Assembly (NCBI GenBank): GCA_002256025.1 | Contig: NKIB01013225.1 | Span: forward strand, 1-61,897 | Direction of reading: 5' to 3' | Source of the DNA: Asterionella formosa | Lineage: Eukaryota | Length of the DNA stretch: 61,897 nucleotides | Shown here: positions 34,435 to 45,747 of the stretch, one piece after another | Numbering within the stretch: the stretch's first letter is position 1 | How the letters are laid out: each line of letters starts with the position of its first letter | The notes under the pieces: generated by a model | The model's database searches: none | Told to the model about the DNA's origin: nothing | The model's input: only the letters and a program-made list of their open reading frames with translations | Position numbers and translations under genes: made by a program

Positions 34435-35349
34435 ATGACGCTCTTCATCATTGGACTTGGCCTTGGCGATGAAAAAGATATAACCGTGCGAGGCCTGGAG
34501 GCTGTAAAGTCGTGTGACAAAATCTTTCTGGAGGCTTACACAAGTATTCTCGGCGTCGACAAAGAGAAGCTCGAAGCCTTCTATTGCAAGCCTATTACTG
34601 TTGCAGACAGAAATATGGTCGAAAGTGAGGCCGAAATGATTTACGAGCCAGCAAAGACGAGCAATGTCGCCTTGCTTGTGGTCGGCGATCCAGTTTGTGC
34701 TACAACGCACACGGATATCCTCATTCGAGCAAAACAGTTCGGGTGCAAGGTCGAAGTCATTCATAATGCAAGCATCATGGGAGCTGCTGGAAGCAGTGGA
34801 CTGCAGCTCTACAATTTTGGTCACACTGTTTCAATTTGTTTCTTTGAAGAAAATTGGCGACCTACTTCATTCTACCCCAAGGTCCTCTACAACCGACAAG
34901 GTGGCATGCACACACTCTGTTTGCTTGACATCAAAGTCAAGGAACCTGATTTTGAAGCTATGATGAAGGGCAAGACAGTATTTCTACCTCCTCGATATAT
35001 GACGGTCAACCAGTGCTGCGAAAATCTAATTGAGGCAGAACAGAAACATCAAGGCGGAGCATATTCCATCGAGACTACGTTGTGTATTGGACTAGCTAGA
35101 TTGGGACAAGAAACTCAGTGTATCAAGGCGGGCACGTTAGTAGAACTCATCCGAGAAGACTTTGGAGGACCGCTGCATTCAGTAATCATTTGTGGAGACC
35201 TGCACGATCTTGAACTCGAAGTAATAAATGAATTCTTAGTCGAGGGATCGATGTTTTCCTTAGAGAATGCTACGAAAATCAAGCAACAATTAGTGGCAGA
35301 ATCGTCTGGAGAGCACGAAGATGCAGCCGAGGAGACTACTGAATCATAG
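34435..35349 (+). CDS. DPH5: Diphthine methyl ester synthase
   Basis: LFIIGLGLGDEKDITVRGLEAV, EAYTS, LVVGDP..ATTHTD, GLQLYNFG.TVS, HTLCLLDIKVKE and DFGGPLHS motifs. True ATG is at 34435. Confidence 0.95.
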   Translation: MTLFIIGLGLGDEKDITVRGLEAVKSCDKIFLEAYTSILGVDKEKLEAFYCKPITVADRNMVESEAEMIYEPAKTSNVALLVVGDPVCATTHTDILIRAKQFGCKVEVIHNASIMGAAGSSGLQLYNFGHTVSICFFEENWRPTSFYPKVLYNRQGGMHTLCLLDIKVKEPDFEAMMKGKTVFLPPRYMTVNQCCENLIEAEQKHQGGAYSIETTLCIGLARLGQETQCIKAGTLVELIREDFGGPLHSVIICGDLHDLELEVINEFLVEGSMFSLENATKIKQQLVAESSGEHEDAAEETTES

Positions 35350-35636
35350 ACTTGAGAGATATACCAGTAGGCAGCAAAGGTAGACATCGTTTTCTTGAAC
35401 GAATTTCGTCTTCATTGCAAAATACTAACTTAATCGACAGCAGTCATCTCTTGGTCTCTTTCGTCCCTTCATGTTACCTGTTGTTGAATATGTGTAATAG
35501 ACATATTGGTAGCAGCCACAGCGCGCATGCCGATGTACAGACTAATGAACTTGACTGGACTACTGTTGATCCGTTGATACAGAGGTGTATTGTAGACATT
35601 GTGGTCTCAACATGATTAAATTAGAAAGACAGCAAG

Positions 35637-36890
35637 ATGGATAAGGTGAAGACAGAAGGTGAGGACGGCACTATGAAGGTTGACAAGGACTCCAGCGTGG
35701 ATTTCAAGAAAAGACGTTGCTTCAACTTCAGAGAGCAACAGGCATCCTGGACACCAGCCGCAGCGAAATTCGAAGGCAAATGCGACGAACTGAAAGGAAA
35801 CGGATATGGCTGCTCAGATATGAAGCAAGCGGATATCTTTGCAAAGACAACAAAGGAGACTGCAGGTTTTGTAGGGCGCACTTACAATTATGGTGGCGAC
35901 ATACAATTGGTGGTTGAGAACCTCAAGATGGTTAATATTGCCATGCCCAAGGACCCACCAAAGGATTCTACCCATGTAGACGAAAATTTGGGAAAAGGAA
36001 GTGGACGAGTTTGTGACGAGGTCAACATTCGTCAAGGAGAAAATCAAGACACTATAGTCCTTTGTGCAGGAACAATGCATGGATGTAATGCAACAGGGAC
36101 AAGGTGGAGGCCATGGACACATTTGAGACAATGTTGATGAAAGGTTATGGTTTGACTCTGCTTAAAGTTATCAAGGATGTCAACTATAATTTTCAAAGTC
36201 AGAAAATTACTACTACCAGTACCTCATTCCCTATACAAATCCAAATGCAGATTCTAAATGAGCATCTGGGGAAGAAGCATGATGACACAGATCTACCTAG
36301 AACACTTTCAGAACACGTTAGATGTCATCAATCACAGCAGTGCTGATCCTTCTTGCTATGACCGCTTGGTTGAAAATATGGAAAACAACTTTCTAGAAGG
36401 ACAGAACAACTACTCCAAGATCGTGAGTAGAGCCTAGACCTATCATTTACTAACAAACTGGAAGCAGGATCCAAGGCACACACTATGTGAAGCAGGAGCA
36501 GTTGGTAAAGGTGTATCATTTGCAACACTGAACAACAATGGTGAGAATGGTGGGTGGAAGAGGCCAAAAGGCAAGACCCACATTACATGCCACCAATGCC
36601 AAAAGAAGGGGCACTATGCTACCAAATGTACCGAGTGCGCACCTAGCTAGTATCCCTTGGAGTTTGACTACCACCAATACTCCCTCCCACATATGAATTC
36701 TTGTCAACCTGGTCTGCCACATTATTAATGGATGGTGTGCACAAGGGGGAATTCAAGAAAATGGCTGTCCACTTTCAGTTTCTGAATCAAGAAGTGAGCC
36801 TAAAGATTGGGTCTGATGGAAGTCTACCAGCCCACGCACATGGATACAATTAGACAAACAGTCAAAAATCCTCTATGTATTCAGCAAGTG
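35637..36890 (+). mobile_element. Decayed Ty1/copia (diatom CoDi-like) gag-protease remnant
   Basis: FEGKCDELKG...QADIFAKTTKE...VGRTY..GGDI gag segment, zinc knuckle CHQCQKKGHYATKC (~36588-36629) and protease-like WIQLDKQS at 36841. Frameshifts and stops throughout. Confidence 0.75.
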
Positions 36891-37568
36891 AGAGGAACTG
36901 GAAAGGTTGCTGACTGTTATACCTCTACCAAGCTGAAGACATTGGTTCTTTGGATATCCCGGTAGGCTGTTGCATCAGGCGTGGAAAAAACTGAAATAAA
37001 ACTAACATTGGCAATGAAAAATTGAAGTTGCCAATGGCACATTTCTTAATGGGTGTACTTACTAAGATGATGCACAATTCAAAACGACAAAGTCACGATG
37101 AGATTTAACACTCTACGCTATGGCAATCTCATGTAGGTCAAACCAAATTTGGCTTTAAGAGAGTTTGGAATGGAAAGCTAGCCTATCTTGTCCAGTAGAC
37201 ATGGGACGAGTCATTGGGAATGAGTTGAAACTGGATAAGTGTGCATAAACGTGTGCTTTCGGGCCTTCCAGGTACCCCACCCTGGTGCCAGGAAACCGGG
37301 TACCAGTACTGTACCTACCTGGTACCAGGGTAGCAATACCAGTTACCGGTACAGTAGTCCTCGACATGACGCACATAACCTATTATTTCTGTCCACCAGA
37401 TGACGAGGCTATGATGAGCATAACAATACGGAATGTAACAGAGCTCATGATGGGCAATGTCGGCATCTCCCTATACGGTAGTTCGCTTTTGAAGGTATAT
37501 TACTCTAAATATATTTGTTCATCCATTTTCACATCAAGAAACACACAAACAATTTGCGTATTCAAGAA

Positions 37569-38906
37569 ATGGCTCGCAGATTGTATGTCATCGCGGGCAC
37601 ATATGAAGGCGTCCTTGCAGGCTGGGAACTGCAGAATGAACAAAAACTAAAGTTGACACTAGCTACCGGTGTTCATCAAGGCTCGATTCGATCGCTGTCG
37701 CTCGCATCGACTCCAGATACACCTGGGACTCTTTTATCTACTGGATACGACGAGGTTGCCAAAACACATGATTTTGCCAAAGCTGTCTCGGAGAGTGGTG
37801 AAATTCGAACACCATCTGACTTTGGCACACCGACATGCTCGGCCTTCGGGCCGAAAGATTTAGCGACACATTGCCTGATGGGCTTTGCAGGTGGAAAACT
37901 TGCACTATACAAGAAGAAAGATTGGAGTATTCAGCATGTATTAGCTGGACATGATGGTGGAGTGAGTGCTTTGGCGATTCATCCTTCCGGGAAACTCGCT
38001 TTGAGTGGAGGCCTGACAGATGGAAAAGTCAAGTTGTGGGACCTTACCAAGGGTAGATTGGCATACGCTTCCAAGATTCATTCGACTGGTGTCAAGGCGA
38101 GGAAGTTTGATAACGTATCTAGTATTGTTTGGAGCCAGGATGGTTGCCTGTACGGTTGGTCATATGGATCTCATATGACGGTTAAGGATGTGGCTTCTGG
38201 AAAGGATTTATTGGATGTGGATCTGGGCGCGACAAAAGTCAATCAAATGGCCCTTCTGGAAGGTCCCCAGGGCATGTTTTGCGTTGGAGCCGGAAACGAC
38301 GGTTCCCTTCCAGTACTGATGATTGGTGGTGCGGATGAAGATGAACGAAGGGGTATGTTGGCGATCGAACCCGTTGATGGTGCCGTTGCTCGAGAAGAGC
38401 GTTTTCGGTGCGTTCAATCGATTTGGAACTATTGTATCGTGACTGCGAATTCAGCTGGTGTTGTCAGCCTAATGAATCTAGAAGGAGCTATCAATATGAT
38501 TGTCAATGGAGAAGAGGATGAAAGTGTAGACGAAAGTGCGCCTAGTGATGAGTCTGAGAGTGATAGTGAGAAACAAAGTGAAACCGAGCCAGCTGTTGAA
38601 ATTATTGATAGTGTTCAGTTGGGATCTGGGGCAAGAATTACATGCCTTGCTGCATGGTTTTCTGATTCAATTGAGGTAGACAAGGCGAAATCGAATGATG
38701 TTGCCAACACAGAAGAGATTGACTTAACACCTGTGGACGAATCCAACGAGATTGCTGACGAGAATGTCAACAACAAGCGACAAGATAAGCGGAAGGCTCA
38801 TGAAGTGGAAATGGATTCAGCAGCTGTTGCCAAGGCAAGAACACTAGTTCAGCAAGCAAAAAAGATCCAGAAAAAAAACAAGGCCAAGAAACAAAGAAGT
38901 CAATAG
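37569..38906 (+). CDS. WD40 60S ribosome-biogenesis factor, MAK11/PAK1IP1-like
   Basis: N-terminal VIAGTYEG.L.G, LAIHPSGKLALS...LWDLTKGRLA, SGARITCL, acidic loop and Lys-rich tail. ATG at 37569. Confidence 0.85.
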   Translation: MARRLYVIAGTYEGVLAGWELQNEQKLKLTLATGVHQGSIRSLSLASTPDTPGTLLSTGYDEVAKTHDFAKAVSESGEIRTPSDFGTPTCSAFGPKDLATHCLMGFAGGKLALYKKKDWSIQHVLAGHDGGVSALAIHPSGKLALSGGLTDGKVKLWDLTKGRLAYASKIHSTGVKARKFDNVSSIVWSQDGCLYGWSYGSHMTVKDVASGKDLLDVDLGATKVNQMALLEGPQGMFCVGAGNDGSLPVLMIGGADEDERRGMLAIEPVDGAVAREERFRCVQSIWNYCIVTANSAGVVSLMNLEGAINMIVNGEEDESVDESAPSDESESDSEKQSETEPAVEIIDSVQLGSGARITCLAAWFSDSIEVDKAKSNDVANTEEIDLTPVDESNEIADENVNNKRQDKRKAHEVEMDSAAVAKARTLVQQAKKIQKKNKAKKQRSQ

Positions 38907-39529
38907 ATGGTGGGTGGTGTCGACAACATCTTTTGTCAAATTCCTTATAGATTTGGAATAATGTATACATCTCTGGAAACACAGGTTAGTACTTGCACAA
39001 TGAGCATTTGATCATGCTAGACTCCCATTCGCAATTCTTACTTTGATGTCTGCATCAAAAGCAATAGTAACATCGTTGTGTTTGTACCCACATGGTCAAT
39101 TGTGGATTCTTTGAGCTCTGGCACTCCACCAAGCAACAACTGATTGAGATTTCCCCTAAATATGTCATCTAATACTAAGAGCAAACGAAGAAGTTTATCT
39201 AAATGTTTACTCTCCAAAGTCCGAAATCACCAAGCAGGTGATTGTGAAAACAGAAATCCATTGGTTGTTGTTTCAGTATCACAGTCAGGCAGTGCCATGA
39301 TTTTTCCAACAGATCAGCATATGCTCCAGCTCCTTGAAAATTGTAATCCATTCAACATTTTCACTAAGCCGTGCTACTGCTCAATCCATTCATATAAATA
39401 TGCAAAAATTCTAAATATTACTTGCATTTTTCTCTAGTTGGTGACTTTTTTGCCTATGATGTTAAGGGTTACTACATGTCTAAGAGATTCCAATCCAACA
39501 AAAAAACACCTTAGGTTAATCTAGAATCA

Positions 39530-39774
39530 TGGGGAATGGCTTAGCGGTTAGCACACATGTTGCGGTGGTAGGTTCGATTCCTGTATTCTCCACCTGTCTC
39601 TTTCAAGTAGTCCCTAGGGTTCCGGGGGGTGCGGCTGACGAAAAGACAGGTCCCGTTGTACTGTACGGACGAATTAAACCGGTACTAATTGTGTCCATTT
39701 ATTCATTTATTTGGGCACGAGTGCGATTATTGGATGGCATCAAAGTACTATGAAATTTGATTGAAAATTTTATT
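39530..39774 (+). mobile_element. tRNA(Ala)-derived SINE candidate (family 1) with 19-bp TSD
   Basis: TSD TTAGGT(T/G)AATCTAGAATCA at 39511-39529 and 39775-39793. A-box TGGCTTAGCGG, B-box GGTTCGATTCC, acceptor stem GGGGAAT/ATTCTCC(A), shortened anticodon arm and AT-rich tail. Confidence 0.8.
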
Positions 39775-41049
39775 TTAGGTGAATCTAGAATCACGCACAC
39801 TTAGCCGCTCTTTAGATATAAGTAATGCCATTTCTCTGGAATGCTCCAAGGCTTCATACCACAATGATTACCTGCCTGGCTGTGCTATCAGCCACACAGC
39901 CACTACATAAACCAAGCAGATAGAGAACGCAAGAATCAAAACCACTGCCACAGCATAAGGAGAGTTTCAGACAAAGCCAGCCTTTACTGAAGCGGTTGCT
40001 GTATGTCTGTATGAGAATGGCATCATAACTGGCAGTTTCAAGCTGCCTGATTTGCGTCTCTTTCTGATTACTGAATTTAGAAGAGTAAGACAATTTGAGA
40101 TTCTGCTGCAGTCCTAAGATCTTGCCATACCAAGACAACGTTAAATCCATTTGCAAAAACCTAGTGTAGTAATTTCCTACTAGTTTCTGTCAGGTTCGTA
40201 CTTTGCTAAGATTTTTTTCTTTACTTAGTCACAAAAGTACTAAGATTTAAACTATTGCTTTACATAAGTTTCAATTAGGTTTTTTAGGTATCAACAAAGT
40301 ATTGGTTTTGTGCCGCCGTGATGTTAATAGAAATAGAATAGAAGGGTATTTGCAGTAGGAATAGGAATATGGTTACAATTCTAAACCTTGCTCATGATGT
40401 CATTGGCATTGTCAATTCTGCTTTATGAATATCATGTTTAATTTTTTTAGCATTTCTGATGGGTGCCTCCGTTCCTTTACATTTTTGAGGAAGTCAAGAG
40501 GTATTCAAAATGTATTTGGTTTTGTGGTGCCATGGAGGGGGACCATAAATTGAATCAAGTATGCAAATATAATTTACAACATAATAAATCTTTCTTGCTA
40601 TTAAAAATTGGTGATTTCAAATTTTGACTACTGTTTCAAGTGAGATTTCTAGGAAGCAGAAGTCATGGTGGTCATATTGTCAACAATTCTAGCTACTGGT
40701 GGTACCAGTATGATGTATGTGATACTAGGAAAATGGGGAACCAAAAACATTAGCTAGTACTTCAACTCCTAGTTCTGCAAATTAAAAACATATTCATATA
40801 ATGCATCTTACAATGATGATCATTTGATCATATTATTTCAATGTATCTACTAAAAAGTACGATAATTCTCGTCGTAAATTTAATAGAAACCGTTTCGACT
40901 AGTATGCATATTCAATTATTGTATGTTATGTTTCTTTTTTGTTTTTTAAAGTTTTCTTCATAGGATTATGTACCAGCAAAAGTAATGTATGTTTAATACT
41001 ATGTTCATCATCGTCAGTCACTCTGTTTGCAACACATAAACAGTCCAGA

Positions 41050-42550
41050 CATCAATACACATGAGTCTTCAGCTTCTTTACAAGGGCTTCGATTGCCACT
41101 GGACCATGTTTAGAGCACTGCTGCTGTAGTGCTTGATCGAACTTGCCAGAGTGAATGGCATGAAATGGTAAGCCATTATCCTCGAAATTGTCATCACTTC
41201 CTCTGATAGACATGATTTAACATTTCCCATGAAATTGGCCTTCTTCTTTTTCTCCTTCAGTGACAGGTGTCGGTATGCTCATTTAGAACAGGCACACTAT
41301 CATTCAAATAACTCTCAGCAAGCTCTGCATGCTGACATTTCGGTGTCAACACGACCTCATCTCCAAGCTTGTTGGTCACCCCATTGTGCTCATCATTCCT
41401 TTCTCTTTCAAGAAGACAGCAGTACATGTTCTTGACATGATGTGTCTCAAACTTGAATCAAGGTTGAAGATTTCATCTGCATCTTGCCGTCTAGTTAAAG
41501 TATGGTAATAAAGTAAGTTTTTGCCATCAATCAACTCACTTTCCCACAAAACTTGCATTATCCCCTTCGCTTTGCCTTGCCACTAGCCTTCCTATGCTTC
41601 TCTTGTAGCCTCAAATTCATATTAGTAAAACCTATTCCGAGGCTCGCATTTGTTTTTACATTTGGTGTTAGCTCCTCTTGATGCAAGGTCAGCAACCAAT
41701 TCCGACTGAGTTCAAGGTATTGCATTTATTTCACCACTAAGGACATCATACCAGCATGAATGTCGCTCACCTAGAGTCGTCATCCAGAATACAGTACTCT
41801 CAGCAGGTTGGACCAGAAGATGTTGTGCTTTTCCAATTTTTCACTGGTGGGTATTAGATTCCAAGAAATTCAAGTCCCTGTGCAATGATGGTTGAGTGCA
41901 TAATGGAATTCTGGTCACTAAAGCTTCTATTCGATCATAGTGAATTGAATCCATCTGGTTGCTGCATCGTTGAATGCCTTGATGAGTTATCAAATGGGTA
42001 AAAAAGCTTATAACTTGAATGCATTACCTTTAGAACATCAATTTTGTCTTCGAGTTGACACACCAAATATTTGAAGTTCCGGTATCCATTGTGATTTTCT
42101 TGACAATCAAAGTAGGATAAAAAGGGATAATTCTTTTGGAAAGGGGTTTCTCTGTTTTATTTTCATGCATATAAATTGCGGCTTTCCTCATTAGCATAAT
42201 TTGAGCCTAGCCGGTTGCTGTTGACTATCTAACGATTATTATCATCAGAGTGTTGAAGTAAATCATGTTCACTAGTAATTAATTAACTGCTGATCATGTC
42301 AGCGGCACCCTCATCCTTTGGTCGTAGGGGTCTTTCACTTGCCATTCTTGAGACCTGTCCACATTGGGTATTCAACCAAATTGTTTGAAGTTTTATTCCT
42401 AATCTCAAGAAATCATGACAGCCTGGCTGCACTTCATTGTACTTTTGCATACTCCAATTTTCTCCCATTGGATGTTAGTATGGTGAAGTCTCGAAGTTGT
42501 GAGCATGAAATTCTACCAAAAGGATTCCATTGTCACCTCCATAATGAAAT
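41050..42550 (-). pseudogene. Decayed IS630-Tc1-mariner superfamily DDE transposase (long D-E spacing)
   Basis: Fragments NGY.NFKYLVCQLEDKIDVLKV, FDNSSRH, KAKGIMQVLWE..LID, SLRHIMS and VVLTPKC.HAELAE. Many stops and frameshifts. Boundaries approximate. Confidence 0.65.
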
Positions 42551-43919
42551 CCAGTTTTCTTGACAACTAAACCTTGTACAAATTTTCGCGTTTGTTTTCT
42601 TGATCCATCACATGATTGCCTTCAGCGATGTAAAGACGACCTTTTGTTTAAAAAAATTGATAACAGTCCCGCATTTTTTTCTTTTGATGCATCATGTGAT
42701 TGCCTTCAACTATATGACGACGATCGTGTGTTAGAAAATTGACACCAGTCGCGCTTGGTTTGTTGATGCATTACATGATTTCCTTCAGCGAACACTATCT
42801 TGTTTTATGGTTGAAAACTCATGATTTGAAATGTTCTTGAGACAATCCTTGAATGTTTATTTTCTGTCGAAGTAAATCAAATGCATTGAATGGATTGGTA
42901 TTCAGTTCAAACACTTGCTGCCATCATGATGCATTCTTGGGAAAAGAGAAAATGAAAATGACTCACACCCAATTTTTTTTCTGGATGAGACATTGTGAGT
43001 TTGAGAAGTCTCTTCAAAGTCTTGAGATGGGCTCTGAATTCCATAACCAAATTGTTAAATAGTCTTGTCAAGGTTTATTGTAGGATCCATTGAAACTGAA
43101 GCTCAAAGCAAGCTATGCGGAAGATGATTGCTTGTCCAATCACATCATCATGGTTTAGAGCTTAGTCAACTGATCATCTGACTGGGTGTTTTTCAACGCT
43201 CATACAGTCAGACCAGGTGATATCTGTGAGGCATATTCTGTAGTAGACGAAGTTGTCTGCTGCACTGAAGGTAATACACGCACATGTGTTAGTAGCCATA
43301 TTACGGGATTAACTGAAACCAATCAATACTGAAACCAATCAATAAAGCTTCCTCTGAGCATCCATTGATCACAATTTGGTCAAAAGACTCCAAATATCGA
43401 CCTGTTAGGTATAAAAGAAAAGGTCTGAGGAGTCTTGATGTTAAGTTTGCTGTAATCCTTGATCAATGAGACCAATAAAAAACCACAGAAAATATATCGA
43501 CATTGTTAATTCTAATTTGACTCTTTCTGAATTCAAAATGAAGTATCGAACTAGAAGTAGTAGTATTTGTTGAATATATGAGCTTATTAGTTAATCCTTG
43601 TGTGCAACTCGTTCTCCTACTAGGTTGGCACTAAAGTGTTCAATAGGTGTTGGTCAAGTTCTCTCCTCATAGAGCTCTGATTTAACCTATGTAAACATAG
43701 CCCTATAGGTGTATGTATAGTTGAACGGAATTGCTCATCCCGAGGTACCAAGGTTTCCGTATACTTCAGTGTCCTGGACCCCCCTGGTGCCCATGATGGT
43801 TGTTAGACCCCGTACATTTTTCTCGAGGTGGTACCAAACACCCAATAATTTTCTATGGAAAAATTAACGTGCGTTAATTCTGTTGGCATTCGCAGGCACT
43901 GGGAGATAATTATTTATCT

Positions 43920-44270
43920 GAAAAATGCGATTCTTTTGCATGTATAAAACACTCTATACCAGTTGTGGTTGTGAGCAGCGGGAGAATCCTGCCGCATCAT
44001 ATCGTCTCTGCCTTGACCATGACGAAAAATACAAATCTCTTCATGAAAACTGAGAACGACGCTTTGCTATTTGGCATATATATCAAGAACAACATAGAAA
44101 ATACAATTGTAAAAGAATTATTTTAATAACACAAATATTGACAACAAAAATTGAAGTTGCCGAAAGCACAGCAGTGATGTCGCATTTTTCTTGCAAGGCA
44201 AATAACTTTCTCAGTTTTCACTTTACATGATTAGTGAACATATTAATAAATATTAGAATGAATCGCGCCA
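43920..44270 (+). repeat. Dispersed repeat homologous to ~32780-33500 (uninterrupted copy)
   Basis: GTTGTGAGCA, CCATGACGAAAA, TGAGAAC.ACGCTTTGCTATT and AATATTGACAAC.AAAATTGAA are shared and collinear with the SINE-interrupted copy. Confidence 0.75.
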
Positions 44271-44402
44271 ACTAATAAGATTTATTTAGGTTTTTTGTAA
44301 GGGAAATCTCAACATTTTCCTGGACCCTTAAGTAAAATCAGTCAAATTCAGTCACGGCAGTGTACATTGGGGCTGAATTATATGTTACCCTAGTACCATG
44401 TA

Positions 44403-44649
44403 CTTGCAAGTTGCGGTCATTTCCCTGAAATAAACACTTTAATCAAGGATAAACGTAGCTAAATCTTTAGTTTTACAAAATTACCGCAACTTGCGGTACT
44501 ACCGGTACTCACTCAAGACGCAATATGGCACTTTGACTGCTACCACTCCCGGTACCTGCAAGTTGAAGTAATTTTGCCGAACTATAGATTTAGCTTCCTT
44601 TATCATAGATTAAATTGCTAATTCAAGCAAAATAACCGCAACTTCCTGA
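44403..44649. mobile_element. Two ~95-bp mini-MITEs (44403-44496, 44555-44649) in opposite orientation, same TIR family as 32253-34149
   Basis: TIR GCAAGTTGCGGTCATTT ... AAATTACCGCAACTTGC flanked by TA. The second copy is a diverged reverse complement (TAGCTAAATCT / AGATTTAGCT core). Confidence 0.7.
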
Positions 44650-45747
44650 TCCAGGAGCATCAGGTTGCAGTACTTAAGAGTTTACCACTCTACGAAGAGT
44701 TGGTCTACGTGCCTGATTCCGGTACTGACAGGTACTTATATATTTCGCTACTGGTAGCTAGGTAGCTGCTTTCCATGATTAAAATGACTCGTCCTTTAAA
44801 TCTTCTTAAAGATTATACCGCAAAAAGTCATTATTGTATTGTATGTCAGTACCGGTACATAGGAGCGCATGTCAGGCAGGCTACAAGGACCTGTTAAAAC
44901 GACAAGAATTCAGTGGCATCTTATCTACAGTTTTGATGACCCAATGAAAATAAATACCGTTCAGAAAGTCCCAGCCAAAGAACGCAAGAGTGGACACGTT
45001 CCTTAGACTGCTACCAGTACCAGTACCGTACCAGTCCGTCGCCGATGGAACCGGTTTGCCTGGAAAGGTACATACATAAATATTCATTTATGAATATTTG
45101 CAAATTCATTGGTTACCAGTGGTACCTCCAAGTCCATTCAGTATTTATTATGTATCTGTACTGGTATACCTATACCATGGTACCTGGTACCTACACCAAC
45201 TCGACTGAGTTACGTGTGATAGTTTGTTACAGCTCATTTCATGGTTCACTTTAACATATTTTGTAAATACTTCTGCGGGTATAAGGGCTTTGATGTAGGA
45301 TAGTACATTTTTTATTTAATTCATATATAATATCGATTTGGTTCGGTGTCATCGAAGACGAGAACCAATTTATACCGGTATAAAAGCATGCATATGTGCC
45401 CCTCTACATGTGAGCCAGGATGTACACGGTTACCAAGGGCACCAGGTACCTGATACTCGGAGTACCATATGTAAGCACAATTATCCGAATCTTTCCCATC
45501 ACTGCTATCAACAACCAGTGCCAGGTTCCTCACTTGGCGTGCCAAAAAAGGTGGCACAGATACCACCTGTATGAAGTTGCGGTCATAATTTGGTTTACGA
45601 GAAAGAGGTTAGAACAGTACATAATGCATAACGGTACTAAAAAGCAATTGTTTCATTTCATTGCGTCACTTGTTTGCATTTCGACTACCTCGTCCCTCTT
45701 TTAGTTCAAGACAATCAGCTATTCTATAGAGCGATCGCAACTGCGTC

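Noticed and set aside
34084..34824. 246-aa minus-strand ORF
   Set aside because: Antisense shadow of DPH5 extending into a TIR; no recognisable motifs.
39531..39592. Functional tRNA-Ala gene
   Set aside because: The anticodon arm is truncated, a base is missing at the acceptor/A-box junction, and the unit is embedded in a TSD-flanked insert. Treated as a SINE head.
38990..40160. Possible LINE remnant around the SINE
   Set aside because: Only vague resemblance in broken minus-strand frames and no diagnostic RT motif, so it cannot be supported.
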